From positions 1 to 35,347 of the forward strand of contig JAYUUO010000166.1 in assembly GCA_043754515.1 (NCBI GenBank): 35,347 bases of DNA, read 5' to 3'. The notes under the pieces are model-generated. The model was not told the origin of the DNA. It made no database searches and saw nothing but the letters and a program-made list of their open reading frames with translations. This stretch comes from Armatimonadota bacterium (GTDB lineage Bacteria > Armatimonadota > Armatimonadia > Armatimonadales > Armatimonadaceae). This document shows, one piece after another, positions 17,889 to 27,809 of the stretch (positions within the stretch are counted from its first letter, which is position 1; each line of letters opens with the position of its first letter). The position numbers were made by a program, and so were the translations under genes.

Positions 17889-17979
17889 AATGTGGACGGG
17901 GTGCCGGGTGAGGAAACGTCGGAGGGCGGGACGCTAAACGGCGGCATACATGACACGGGGACAGAAGGAGGACGCGGTA

Positions 17980-20289
17980 ATGGCGACCATCAGCAGAAAA
18001 GTCATCCAAGGCAATGTAGCGGCACGCGCCGTCGCGCGTCGCCCTTCCCACGTCCGCGCCTTTTTCCGCGGGGTCGGGGTGTTCCTCGGATTCCTGACCC
18101 TGCTCGGCCTGCTGATCGGGATCGCCGTCGCCGGGTACACCGCCTATCAGGTCCAGGAGGCATCGCGCTTCCTGCCGCAGAACGACAAGCTACTCGACTA
18201 CCAGAAGGGCGGCATTACAACGATCTATGCCACCGATAAAGACCCGAAGACTAGTCAACTAGTCGTGCTGGGGCGCATCTATTCGCAGTATAAAGAATTC
18301 GCGCCCATCACCGAGATGCCGGACATACTGCAAAAGGCGACGATTGCCATTGAGGACGAGCGTTTCTACAAGCACCGTGGCATTGACTTCGAGGCGATAG
18401 CGCGCGCCGTCTACAAAAACATCAAGTCGGGCGAGATGAGCGAAGGGGCGTCCACGCTGACCCAGCAACTGGCGCGTAACGTGTTCCTGACGCAGAAGAA
18501 GACGATGAGCCGCAAACTCCAGGAGATCCTGCTCGCGATCCTGCTGGAGAAAAACTTCTCCAAAGAGCAGATCCTGGAGATGTACCTGAACGAGGTGTGC
18601 TACGGCGTCAATACGTTCGGCGCGAAGGCGGCGGCGAAGGTCTACTTCGGGCGCGACCTCAAGAACCTGTCTCTGTCGCAAGCCGCGCTGATCGCGGGGC
18701 TTCCCCAATCTCCCACCCGACTAGAGCCGTTCCGCCACAAGGACGCCGCCATCAAGCGGCGTAACCTCGTGCTGAAAAAGATGGCCCAACTCGGCTATAT
18801 TACGCCCGAGAAGTGCAAAGAAGCGCAGGGCAACGGCGTGTTCCTGATCTCGGAGCGGCCCTCGATCCGCACCGAAATGAAGGCCCCGTTCTTCACGACG
18901 TACGTGATCCGTCAGCTAAAGAAGGAATACGGCGAGGAGAAGCTGAACACGGGCGGGCTACAGGTGTACACCACGCTCAACTACGCGATGCAGAAAGAGG
19001 CGGAGCGGGCGATCATCAACGGCGTGATGAAGGCGAGTGGCACGGGCGTGACGCAGGGTGCCATCGTGTCGCTTGAACCGCGCACCGGATACGTGCGCGC
19101 GATGGTCGGCGGCGTTGACTTCGGCAAGTACCAATACAACAACGCGGCGCAGGGCGGGCGGCAACCGGGTTCGTCGTTCAAACCGATCGTGTATGTCACC
19201 GCGATGGCACTCCACCCGAACCGGTACGGGCCGGACTCGGAAGTGGACAACTCCCACAAAACTTACGGCAAAGGCTACAGCCCGAACGGCTCGGGACCCT
19301 CCGGCTCGGTGCCGATGCGCACCGCCATCGCCTGGTCATACAACCGCGCGGCGGTAAACACGGCGAACGACATCGGGGTGAGTAATGTTATCGGCACCGC
19401 CCGCAAACTCGGCATCACGTCTGCGCTCGAGCCGAACCTGTCCCTCGCGCTGGGTTCGTACGAGGTGACGCCGCTGGAAATGGCGTCCGCCTACTCGGCG
19501 TTCGCGAACCACGGTAGCCATGCCGCCCCGATGGCGATCATCCGGGTCGTGGATCAGGACGGCGTGATCCTGGCGAATAACCAGCCGCGCGTGAACGCGG
19601 CGATGATCCCCGAGTCGGCGGTCGCTGGGATCGGCTCCGCGCTCCGCGACGTGGTGGAGTACGGCACCGCCGCGAAGGCGGAAGGCATCCATGATGTCAC
19701 CGACGCGCACGGCAAGACGGGCACCACCAACGACAACAAGGACGCGTGGTTCGTCGGCTATACCCCCGAACTCTCCACGGCAGTGTGGGTGTGCGGCTTG
19801 CACTACGTCAAGCGCGGGAAACTACTAGTGCCTGTCTACCAGCGGATGGCGGGCGCGGGCGGCGAGACGACGGGTGGCCATGTCTGCGCGCCGATCTGGG
19901 CGCGGTTTATGAAAGCCGCCGTCCCGATCCAGCGCGCCGCCAAACTGCCGCGCTTGGTGCCCGCGGAGAAGACCGTGAACGTGGGCGACCCCGAAGCGTC
20001 GCCGTCACCTACCCCGCGTCGGCACCGACGGCGTCGCCACGCGGACATATCCCCGGACGCCGAGCCGACGCCTCAGACAAATGCGACCCCGGATGCTAGA
20101 GTTTCAACCCCGACGCCGGAAGCGGTGCCGGAGGTCAAGCCCGACCCGCGGAAAGAGGACGCGAAGCCCGAAACGAAGCCCGCCGACCCGCCGAAAGAAG
20201 AAACGAAACCGGCGGAAAAGCCCGCCGACCCGCCGACGAAGCCCGACGCCCCCGTCGCGCCGGAAACTAAGCACGACGCGCCGCCGTAA
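17980..20289 (+). CDS. Class A penicillin-binding protein (PBP1A family, transglycosylase/transpeptidase)
   Basis: EDERFYKHRG, GASTLTQQL, RKLQE; SSFK, SYN, KTG; N-terminal TM; AAGGAGG SD before ATG 17980. Confidence 0.96.
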   Translation: MATISRKVIQGNVAARAVARRPSHVRAFFRGVGVFLGFLTLLGLLIGIAVAGYTAYQVQEASRFLPQNDKLLDYQKGGITTIYATDKDPKTSQLVVLGRIYSQYKEFAPITEMPDILQKATIAIEDERFYKHRGIDFEAIARAVYKNIKSGEMSEGASTLTQQLARNVFLTQKKTMSRKLQEILLAILLEKNFSKEQILEMYLNEVCYGVNTFGAKAAAKVYFGRDLKNLSLSQAALIAGLPQSPTRLEPFRHKDAAIKRRNLVLKKMAQLGYITPEKCKEAQGNGVFLISERPSIRTEMKAPFFTTYVIRQLKKEYGEEKLNTGGLQVYTTLNYAMQKEAERAIINGVMKASGTGVTQGAIVSLEPRTGYVRAMVGGVDFGKYQYNNAAQGGRQPGSSFKPIVYVTAMALHPNRYGPDSEVDNSHKTYGKGYSPNGSGPSGSVPMRTAIAWSYNRAAVNTANDIGVSNVIGTARKLGITSALEPNLSLALGSYEVTPLEMASAYSAFANHGSHAAPMAIIRVVDQDGVILANNQPRVNAAMIPESAVAGIGSALRDVVEYGTAAKAEGIHDVTDAHGKTGTTNDNKDAWFVGYTPELSTAVWVCGLHYVKRGKLLVPVYQRMAGAGGETTGGHVCAPIWARFMKAAVPIQRAAKLPRLVPAEKTVNVGDPEASPSPTPRRHRRRRHADISPDAEPTPQTNATPDARVSTPTPEAVPEVKPDPRKEDAKPETKPADPPKEETKPAEKPADPPTKPDAPVAPETKHDAPP
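20176..20236 (+). repeat. 19-bp direct repeat encoding KPADPP in the PBP1A tail
   Basis: AAGCCCGCCGACCCGCCGA at 20176-20194 and 20218-20236. Confidence 0.75.
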
Positions 20290-20297
20290 GCAACTGC

Positions 20298-22259
20298 ATG
20301 GGCACGGCGCGACGCGATCACTTTAACGGCTATGCGGGGCGGGCTTCCCTCACGCCTACCGACTCCCCCGAAACGTTCGCGCCTGTCGCGCGGGTGCGCT
20401 GGCTCGTCGCGGTCGTGATGGTGATGCTCGCAGGCCTCGCGGCGCGGCTGTATGTTCTACAGATCATTGGCGGCGAAACGAGCCAGGATAAGGCACGCGC
20501 TAACAGCTCGCGCCTTATCCGCTCTATCGCCCCGCGCGGCATAGTGACCGATTGCGACGGCGTGCCACTAGTCAACAACACCGCGCAGTTCACCGTTTTC
20601 GTTGACCCCGAAGAACTGCCCAAAGACCCGCGCGAGCGCGAGGATGTTCTGGATCGGCTCGCCCCGCTCGTGAACCTGGGCGAGAACGATCTCGACGAAT
20701 TGAAGGATCGGACCGGAACACAGAATACCGCCCGGAATATCAGCGCGAAGCAGGCCCACGCCTCGAAGCATCGCGCGCGCGAGCCGGTCGCTGTGGCCGA
20801 AGGCGTCTCGATGCACGTGCTTTCGGCGATTGACGAGAACGAATGGCATCTCCCTGGCGTAATCAAGTCGGTAGACCCGGTTCGCCGCTACGCCGAACAC
20901 AAACTGGCAGCGCACCTGCTCGGCTACATCGGGCCGGTGACCGAGGACGATCTCAAAGACGAGGGTCTGCGTAAGCGCGGCTACAAGTCGGGCGATTTCA
21001 TTGGTAAGGACGGGGTTGAGAAATCGTACGACGAACTGCTGAACGGTGAAGAAGGCGGTACGCGCTACGAGGTGGACGCGCGGGGTCGGCGCAAGAAGAC
21101 GGTGCTTGACGAGTTCCCGCCCACGGTCGGTGCTACCCTGAAACTGACGCTGGAGCGGCAGGTGCAGGTCGCGGCGGAAAACGCGCTCGCGGGACGCACC
21201 GGCGCGGCGGTCGCGATTGACTCGCGCACGGGCGCGATACTCGCGCTCGCGTCGGCACCGACCTTTGACCCGAACGTGCTGGCGCGCCGCCCGCTACTGG
21301 CGCGGACCTGGAAGGCGATCAACGATCCCAAAACCGCGCCGCTCCTGAACCGCGTGATCAGTGCCGCCGAGCCGCCCGGCTCGACATTCAAGATCGTCAC
21401 CTCCGCCGCCGGGCTGGGGTCGGGCAAACTCAGCCGGTCGGACTCCTTCCTTTGCCGTGGGGGATTGTCGTTCGGACGGACGTTCAAGCGGTGCCACGGC
21501 AATCACGGAAGTGTCAGTCTGGAGCGTGCCCTCGCGCAGTCGTGCGACGTGTACTACTACCAGGTGGGGCGCATAGTGGGGCCGACCGGACTCGCGGACT
21601 GGGCGAGCAAGTTCGGCATCGGCAAGGAGACCGGGATTGACCTGCCGCATGAGTCTACCGGGCGCATGCCGACCCCGGCGTGGAAGGCGAAGATGGCACC
21701 CAAGTTCGGCAACCCGGACACCGGCTGGTACCCCGGCGACACGGCGAATATCGCCATCGGGCAAGGCGACATCATCACGACCCCGCTCCAGATCGCGCAA
21801 CTCTCGGCGGCTATCGCGAACAACGGGGTGCTGTACAAGCCCTACGTCGTGGCGTCCGCGACGAACATCAACCGGGAAGTCGTCTACACCGCGAAGCCGG
21901 AAATCTTCTCCAAACTCCCGCTGACTCAGGGACATGTGACCGAGATCGCGAATGGGATGCGGGCGGTGGTAGTCAGCGGCACCAGTAAGATAGCCGCTAT
22001 TCCCGGAATCGCGGTCGCGGGTAAGTCGGGGACGGCAGAGAAGAAGTCGCGCCGGACGGGGCAGGACACCACGCTAGCCTGGTTTACCTGTTACGCGCCC
22101 TTCGAGAAGCCGGAAATTGCGATCTGTGTTCTGCTCTACTCCGACGCGCACGCGAAGCACTTACACGGCGGCGCGGACGCCGCGCCGATAGCGCGGGCGA
22201 TGATCCAGGCGCATATGGCGCGGCATAAAAAGCCGTTGCTGACGGCGTCGGCGCGGTAA
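20298..22259 (+). CDS. mrdA: Penicillin-binding protein 2 (class B)
   Basis: RLYVLQI, APRG, GKDGVEKSYD, PGSTFK, SCD, KSGTAE motifs. Confidence 0.94.
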   Translation: MGTARRDHFNGYAGRASLTPTDSPETFAPVARVRWLVAVVMVMLAGLAARLYVLQIIGGETSQDKARANSSRLIRSIAPRGIVTDCDGVPLVNNTAQFTVFVDPEELPKDPREREDVLDRLAPLVNLGENDLDELKDRTGTQNTARNISAKQAHASKHRAREPVAVAEGVSMHVLSAIDENEWHLPGVIKSVDPVRRYAEHKLAAHLLGYIGPVTEDDLKDEGLRKRGYKSGDFIGKDGVEKSYDELLNGEEGGTRYEVDARGRRKKTVLDEFPPTVGATLKLTLERQVQVAAENALAGRTGAAVAIDSRTGAILALASAPTFDPNVLARRPLLARTWKAINDPKTAPLLNRVISAAEPPGSTFKIVTSAAGLGSGKLSRSDSFLCRGGLSFGRTFKRCHGNHGSVSLERALAQSCDVYYYQVGRIVGPTGLADWASKFGIGKETGIDLPHESTGRMPTPAWKAKMAPKFGNPDTGWYPGDTANIAIGQGDIITTPLQIAQLSAAIANNGVLYKPYVVASATNINREVVYTAKPEIFSKLPLTQGHVTEIANGMRAVVVSGTSKIAAIPGIAVAGKSGTAEKKSRRTGQDTTLAWFTCYAPFEKPEIAICVLLYSDAHAKHLHGGADAAPIARAMIQAHMARHKKPLLTASAR

Positions 22260-22262
22260 GCA

Positions 22263-22838
22263 ATGGTGTGCGATGATTTCATACGCACGCTCGTCGGCAA
22301 GCCTTATTACGATCTTGTTCTCGAGCGTTTCGCCGGGAGAACTGCTCGCCGAAGCGGTATCCCCTACATGGCGCACATCAGCGAAGGCGCGTATTTACTT
22401 CACTGCCTTTTCGCCGCCGATGAAGACACGGTAGCTGCGTTCTGTGTCCACCCGTTGTTCCAGAGCGACCGCCACCTCATGCGTCTCATGGCAGAGCAGT
22501 CGGCGATTGATCTTTTACCACGGCGTGCGATTGTTCTTGCGATGGAGCACCGTCGCTACGCCACCGCGTACGGGATTTCAGATCCTGTGCGCGAACCGGA
22601 ACGAATCGAGATCGGCTTCCTCCCTGAAGCGTGGCAGATGCTCGCCGCCGACAAAATCCAAAACAAGAAGGATTTCATGCGGCATGTGTACAAGTCGAAC
22701 TCGCGTGACTCGTTCCTTCGCGTCTCCGAGCAGGGCGAGCGGTACTTTAATAGTTGGCTCATCCGCCTCGGGGTGACAGACGATCTTCATACGAAGTCGC
22801 TCGGTATTCTGAAAGCAGACGAAGAAGCGACGCAATGA
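22263..22838 (+). CDS. Hypothetical protein with degenerate HD (RelA/SpoT hydrolase-like) signatures
   Basis: RRSGIPYMAH, HPLFQSD, ADKIQN; 3 nt after mrdA and ATGA overlap with the next gene. Confidence 0.7.
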   Translation: MVCDDFIRTLVGKPYYDLVLERFAGRTARRSGIPYMAHISEGAYLLHCLFAADEDTVAAFCVHPLFQSDRHLMRLMAEQSAIDLLPRRAIVLAMEHRRYATAYGISDPVREPERIEIGFLPEAWQMLAADKIQNKKDFMRHVYKSNSRDSFLRVSEQGERYFNSWLIRLGVTDDLHTKSLGILKADEEATQ

Positions 22839-23767
22839 TGTGCCGGACAAGACTACCACTCGTCGCCCGAATCCTCCTCTATCTTTGCCTACTCTTCGTC
22901 GGCGCGGGGCTAGTGAAGGTCGCCTGGTGGAGGGCGCACGTCCGGATACCCGCGACGCGCTTCCGACGCCTCCCCGCGTTCGCCTCTGTTTACGTGCCGC
23001 CGCGCCAGGTGACCGTGCTCGTGCCGCCCGATTACGACGCGTCGCCCACCCGCCATTACCCTGTTTTGTATTTGCAGGACGGTGAGTCGGTGTTCGAGGA
23101 CGCCGCGCCGGTGCTGTTCAGTTCGTGGTCGGTGGATCGAACGGCGGATCGGCTGACGCGCGACGGGATGATTAATCCGATTATCATCGTCGCGGTATGT
23201 TCCTTACCTGGGAAGCGAGACGCCGAGTACACGTTCTCTCGGGGCGCGGACGGCAAAGGTGGCGGGGGCGAGGCGTACGCGCGGATGCTGATCACCGAAC
23301 TCAAGCCGTTCGTTGACGCGCACTACCGAACACTGCCGGATGCGTCGCATACCACTCTGGGCGGCGCGTCGCTCGGCGGTCTGTTCGCGCTGACGGCGGG
23401 ATTGCGTCACCCCGAAACGTTCGGGAACGTGATCGTGCTTTCACCGGCAACCTGGTGGGCGAACCACGCCGCTCTCCGCGAGGTCGCCGCGCTCCCACCC
23501 ATCTCGCCGTCCGTGACGCGCCGCCCTGTGATCTACCTCGGTGCGGGCACGGCGGAAGGGACGATTTACCCGGACGCGGTGCGTCTCGACGCGGCGTTGC
23601 GCGGACGCGGGTGGCGGGCTGGCACTACGCTATCATTCAACGTCGCGCCGGGTGCCGGTCACACGCGCCGCGCGTGGCGCGACCAGATGACGCCCGCGCT
23701 GAAATTCGTGAACGGTGCCCGTGTCGGCACGCGGGTTTCGCCCCCGCGTCGGCGGGGAGGCGCATAA
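22835..23767 (+). CDS. Alpha/beta hydrolase, putative esterase (enterochelin esterase-like)
   Basis: YPVLYLQDG, ELKPFVD..YRT, GASLGG nucleophile elbow, GAGH..AW; N-terminal hydrophobic anchor. Confidence 0.9.
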   Translation: MMCRTRLPLVARILLYLCLLFVGAGLVKVAWWRAHVRIPATRFRRLPAFASVYVPPRQVTVLVPPDYDASPTRHYPVLYLQDGESVFEDAAPVLFSSWSVDRTADRLTRDGMINPIIIVAVCSLPGKRDAEYTFSRGADGKGGGGEAYARMLITELKPFVDAHYRTLPDASHTTLGGASLGGLFALTAGLRHPETFGNVIVLSPATWWANHAALREVAALPPISPSVTRRPVIYLGAGTAEGTIYPDAVRLDAALRGRGWRAGTTLSFNVAPGAGHTRRAWRDQMTPALKFVNGARVGTRVSPPRRRGGA

Positions 23768-23816
23768 CCAACCAAACTATAATGCAATCGCCCTATCGCC
23801 ACAGGTCATCCACATT

Positions 23817-24734
23817 TCATAGCACGCTGAAGGTGAGCGCGTGCTGCCCCACGGCGGTTCCTTCGGCGCAGGGCGTCGTAAGCCGGCCCCACTGGAATGC
23901 GCGGCAACCGAGTTTACTTTGTGAGGTCGCCGACGTGGGCGGATTACCCCCCACGCTGACGCGCTTGCCCTGGAGCCAGACTGTGTGGCCGTCCGCGGCC
24001 AAGAAGCTCGCCCCGTTGGAATGACGCCCTTTGCCTTCGAGGTAGTCGGTGATTATCTGATCAGCCGTCCACTCGTAGTTGTCCAGATAACCCGTGGCGT
24101 ACTTCGTACCAACGATATTCGTGGTCGCCGGATGGGTGAGATCGAGTATTGTGCCGTCAACACCGTTCGTGGCCGGAGAGCATTGCAAGGGGGCGGCTCC
24201 CCCTTCCTCCGGCAGTGTGACCAGCGAGTGGTTGTCCCGCACCTCGATCGCAAGCACGGTTTGCGCGGGCGCAGTGAGCGCGGCGGATGAGGTGAGAAGC
24301 GACAGGTTCATGTTCAGCGCGTAGGAAACGGGGTACGCGGCTTCGGCGAAGCCGGGGTAGTGCGTCGCCTCGGTCGCGTCGGAAGGGCAATGGAGTATCT
24401 CGGGCACTTTCAGATACGGGAAGATGCGCCCGGCCCACCCCTTGTTGACACTGACCCCGTTGAGGAACCCGGTCGGGAAGGTGAAGTGCTGTTCATCGTT
24501 GTCGGAAACATACTGCGAAACGGCCACCCCAATCTGGCGCAGGTTGGAAAGGCAAGCGGTTTGTCGGCTCCTCTCGCGCGCCGTGGCGAGGGCCGGGAAC
24601 AGGAGAGCGGCCAGCAAAGCGATGATCCCAATGGTGGCCAGCACCTCGACCAGCGTAAATCCCCTATCCGAATTTACACTGTAGGGGTGGCGGCGCGGGG
24701 TGACGGCGGAAGGCATGGATGGTAATTTCCTCAT
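23817..24734 (-). CDS. Prepilin-type N-terminal cleavage/methylation protein, DUF1559 / H-X9-DG family
   Basis: RGFTLVEVL...LFPALATARERSRQTACLSNLRQIG; CPSD; RHSNGASFLAADGH. Confidence 0.92.
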   Translation of the reverse strand: MRKLPSMPSAVTPRRHPYSVNSDRGFTLVEVLATIGIIALLAALLFPALATARERSRQTACLSNLRQIGVAVSQYVSDNDEQHFTFPTGFLNGVSVNKGWAGRIFPYLKVPEILHCPSDATEATHYPGFAEAAYPVSYALNMNLSLLTSSAALTAPAQTVLAIEVRDNHSLVTLPEEGGAAPLQCSPATNGVDGTILDLTHPATTNIVGTKYATGYLDNYEWTADQIITDYLEGKGRHSNGASFLAADGHTVWLQGKRVSVGGNPPTSATSQSKLGCRAFQWGRLTTPCAEGTAVGQHALTFSVL

Positions 24735-24822
24735 ATGATTGCTCTGCTACACGGGCACGAACGGGGCGAAAGTTCGCTGGTAGAGAGCGGCCTGTTAAAT
24801 GCGTCAGTGCCCCACCAACCGC

Positions 24823-25779
24823 CTAGTTTGCCGTCGCCTCAAGCCACTCGCCGTCCGACTCTGTCGGGCCGCCCCGTGCCTCGTGTTCATTTTCGGAGGG
24901 CACGGCGGTGTCTGCGCGAAGTCCCGCTACCCTCAGCAATGCGTCCGCCCACGCCGCGTCGGCGGGCGATAATTGCGGATCCGGCGCGAGTCCGTAGTCC
25001 AGGCGTCGCCCGAGCCGGATGACGTCGTAGGTACGAGCAAATGTTTCCTGTAGATCAAGCGGCACCGGCTCTACATCCGTCGTCAGCGGCAACAGGAAGG
25101 TCGGCAGGGTATCGCGAACGTTGATACGCCAGAAGCGGTACTCCTCTGGCGCGTCGCGGTCACGTAACGTCACTAGATAATCCCAATCGCCGCACGTTGC
25201 GATTTCGCCTTCCGGCACGTAGGCGGCGTGTTCCCCGCCACGGAGTAGATCAATCTCGATCAAGTGAATGGGAGTACGCAGGAGTTGCGACTGCTTGGCC
25301 CGGTAAGCCTCCGAACCAGCACGCCCGTCTTTGTTCGTTGGCGACAGGATCTCGAACACGGCGACGACATTTTCTTGCCCGCTACGTCCGTCCACGATCC
25401 GCAGACTGCGTTGCGTTCCCCGCCGCGCGACGACCACCTCCGGCTCGCGGAGCGGGCGAGTCGCGGCTCCATTTTGCGCAGCGACTTGCGTGCGGTCCGC
25501 CACGGCGACCCCGCCCCCGTCGTTCCCGCCGCGCGGCGTATTTGGCGCGGTCGCGAACACGGCGACATCGGCCTGGCGTGCGCCGGTACGTAGTCCTTTG
25601 CCGGAAGGGCGCACCTCCGGGAAGATAATGCTCAGGTGTGCCTCGATTCGCGCGTCGAAACCGGGAGGCAACACATCGAACAGCTGCCCCAGCAGTTCCA
25701 CATAGAAGGCCGTGTGGAAACTCGACCAGTCGGTATGATTTTCGATGTACGGGTCGAAACCCGGAAACGGCGACGGCAT
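24823..25779 (-). CDS. DUF4058 family protein (PD-(D/E)XK nuclease-like fold)
   Basis: MPSPFPGFDPYIE N-terminus, EILSPTNK, HLIEIDLLRGG, LDLQ; GGAGG SD. Confidence 0.9.
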   Translation of the reverse strand: MPSPFPGFDPYIENHTDWSSFHTAFYVELLGQLFDVLPPGFDARIEAHLSIIFPEVRPSGKGLRTGARQADVAVFATAPNTPRGGNDGGGVAVADRTQVAAQNGAATRPLREPEVVVARRGTQRSLRIVDGRSGQENVVAVFEILSPTNKDGRAGSEAYRAKQSQLLRTPIHLIEIDLLRGGEHAAYVPEGEIATCGDWDYLVTLRDRDAPEEYRFWRINVRDTLPTFLLPLTTDVEPVPLDLQETFARTYDVIRLGRRLDYGLAPDPQLSPADAAWADALLRVAGLRADTAVPSENEHEARGGPTESDGEWLEATAN

Positions 25780-25781
25780 TG

Positions 25782-26291
25782 TTACTCCTCCCCCTCCCGA
25801 ATCGTCTCGTCATACGAACCGCGCCACGACCGCTCGACGATCATCCCACCCGTCTGCATTTTCGGTCGGCAGACGGGGAAACCTTTCGCGTTTTCATCAA
25901 GGGGCGCGCGATGCCAAAAGCCCCCGGAAGAGACATTATAATCTTTTATGTAACTGCCGAACACGATCTTTTCCGCGACGACATCCTCAAGGAAAAGTAC
26001 GATCCGCTCCGTGTAATACTCGGGAGGCGGGCGATACCACTCGACAATCGCGCTTGCCCAGCACACTGTGATAAGGTTTGGGTAGCGGTTGATGCGTAGC
26101 GGGTCGGCGACGGCGGGGTTCTCAGACGGGATCGCCACGTCCAGATAATACGCGCGATCGTCCGGCTCTCCGTCCTCGCGGTACGTGGCGTACTGTCTCC
26201 ACTGTGGGAAGCGGCGGAACAGGGCCTTGCCGAACTGCTCCGACACCGCCTCCATTTTGACGCCTTCCTCGGCGAACACGCTTTTTCCCAT
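25782..26291 (-). CDS. Hypothetical protein
   Basis: 169-aa ORF fitting tightly between ispG and the DUF4058 gene on the same strand. Confidence 0.7.
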   Translation of the reverse strand: MGKSVFAEEGVKMEAVSEQFGKALFRRFPQWRQYATYREDGEPDDRAYYLDVAIPSENPAVADPLRINRYPNLITVCWASAIVEWYRPPPEYYTERIVLFLEDVVAEKIVFGSYIKDYNVSSGGFWHRAPLDENAKGFPVCRPKMQTGGMIVERSWRGSYDETIREGEE

Positions 26292-26304
26292 TTGCGGCGC
26301 GCCT

Positions 26305-27543
26305 TTACAAAACCGGCACTTTCGGCTCCTGCCACTTGCCGTCGCTCTTAATCAGCGCGACCAACTCCTCGACCCCGCGCTCCTGCGGCACGGTTTTTAG
26401 CGGCTCGCGCTTGCGGTACAGCGTGATCAGGCCGCCCGCTTTTCCGACGTAGCCGTAGTCGGCATCTGCCATCTCGCCCGGCCCGTTCACAATGCACCCC
26501 ATGACCGCGATGTCGAGGCCGACGAGGTGATTCGTCGCGCCACGCACCTGGTTCAACACCGTAGGCAGGTCGAACTTCGTGCGGCCGCACGACGGACAGG
26601 CGATGTACTCGACCTGCGTTTTGCGCAGACCTAACGCCTGCAAAATCTCGTAGCAGACCGGCAGTTCGTTCACGGGGTCTTCGGACAGCGAGACGCGGAT
26701 CGTGTCGCCGATCCCCTCCGCGAGCAGGGTGCCGATGCCGGTCGTGGACTTCACGCGGGCGTATTGACCGTCCCCCGCCTCGGTAACGCCCAGGTGGAGC
26801 GGGTAGTCCATCCCTTCGGCATCCATCCGCTTCACCATCAGGCGGTTCGCGGCGAGCATTACCGGGACGCGGGACGCCTTGAGCGAGATGATCAGGTTCC
26901 GGTAGCCGTGCTTCTCACAGATGCGGACGTATTCGAGCGCGGACTCGACCATTCCCTGCGGCGTGTCTCCGTGCGTGACCAGCATCCGCTCCGCGAGCGA
27001 GCCGTGATTGACCCCGATGCGCATGGCGATGTCGCGCTGCTTGCAGACCGTGATCACCGGTAGCAGACTCACCTCAATGGCGGCCTGCTCCTCGGCGATT
27101 TCGTCGGCGGAGTACTCCTCCGCCCGCCCGCGCGGCTTGCGGAACACAAACAGGCCGGGGTTCAGGCGCACCTTGTCCACGAACTCGGCCACGGTTTGCG
27201 CGATTTCGGAGCCTTGATGGTGCACGTCGGCGACGAGCGGGACGTTCACGAGTCGTTTGCGCAGTTCGGTCTTGATCTCACCGAGGCAGTGCGCCTCCAT
27301 CAGGGACGGCGTGGTAACGCGCACGATTTCCGCGCCTTTGCGGTGCATCTCCATGATCTGCCGGACGCAATCCTTGACTTTGCGCGTCTCCTCGGTAATC
27401 ATACTCTGCACCACGACCGGATGATCGCCGCCGATGGTCACATTGCCGACGTGCACGGGCCGCGTTCGGCGGCGCGGGAAGGTGAGCGGGAGCAGTTCGT
27501 AGGGCGAAGGCGGTTGCGGTTCGGATGCGAGGGCGGTGTACAC
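26305..27543 (-). CDS. ispG: (E)-4-hydroxy-3-methylbut-2-enyl diphosphate synthase
   Basis: [52 protein letters not shown]. Confidence 0.97.
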   Translation of the reverse strand: MYTALASEPQPPSPYELLPLTFPRRRTRPVHVGNVTIGGDHPVVVQSMITEETRKVKDCVRQIMEMHRKGAEIVRVTTPSLMEAHCLGEIKTELRKRLVNVPLVADVHHQGSEIAQTVAEFVDKVRLNPGLFVFRKPRGRAEEYSADEIAEEQAAIEVSLLPVITVCKQRDIAMRIGVNHGSLAERMLVTHGDTPQGMVESALEYVRICEKHGYRNLIISLKASRVPVMLAANRLMVKRMDAEGMDYPLHLGVTEAGDGQYARVKSTTGIGTLLAEGIGDTIRVSLSEDPVNELPVCYEILQALGLRKTQVEYIACPSCGRTKFDLPTVLNQVRGATNHLVGLDIAVMGCIVNGPGEMADADYGYVGKAGGLITLYRKREPLKTVPQERGVEELVALIKSDGKWQEPKVPVL

Positions 27544-27809
27544 GGGTCTGGTTCTCCGCGGTTAGTATACCGCTAGTCGTCGTTTGCTTTCAGCAACGCG
27601 CTGGAGACGATAAGGCGATCGCGTCCTAGTCATGTTGCTAAATCCAGGGATGTTCGCGGGTTGCGGGGAGCATTGGTCGCGGCGTTCCCGCCCGCTCGTG
27701 GGCACCCGGTCGCGCGCGGGGCGACCTAGCGGAGACGTTCACGTCCCGTGACTTTGACACACTCGCCCTACCTCAAAAGTCATACATCTAGCGCAACCAT
27801 ACGCAGGGG

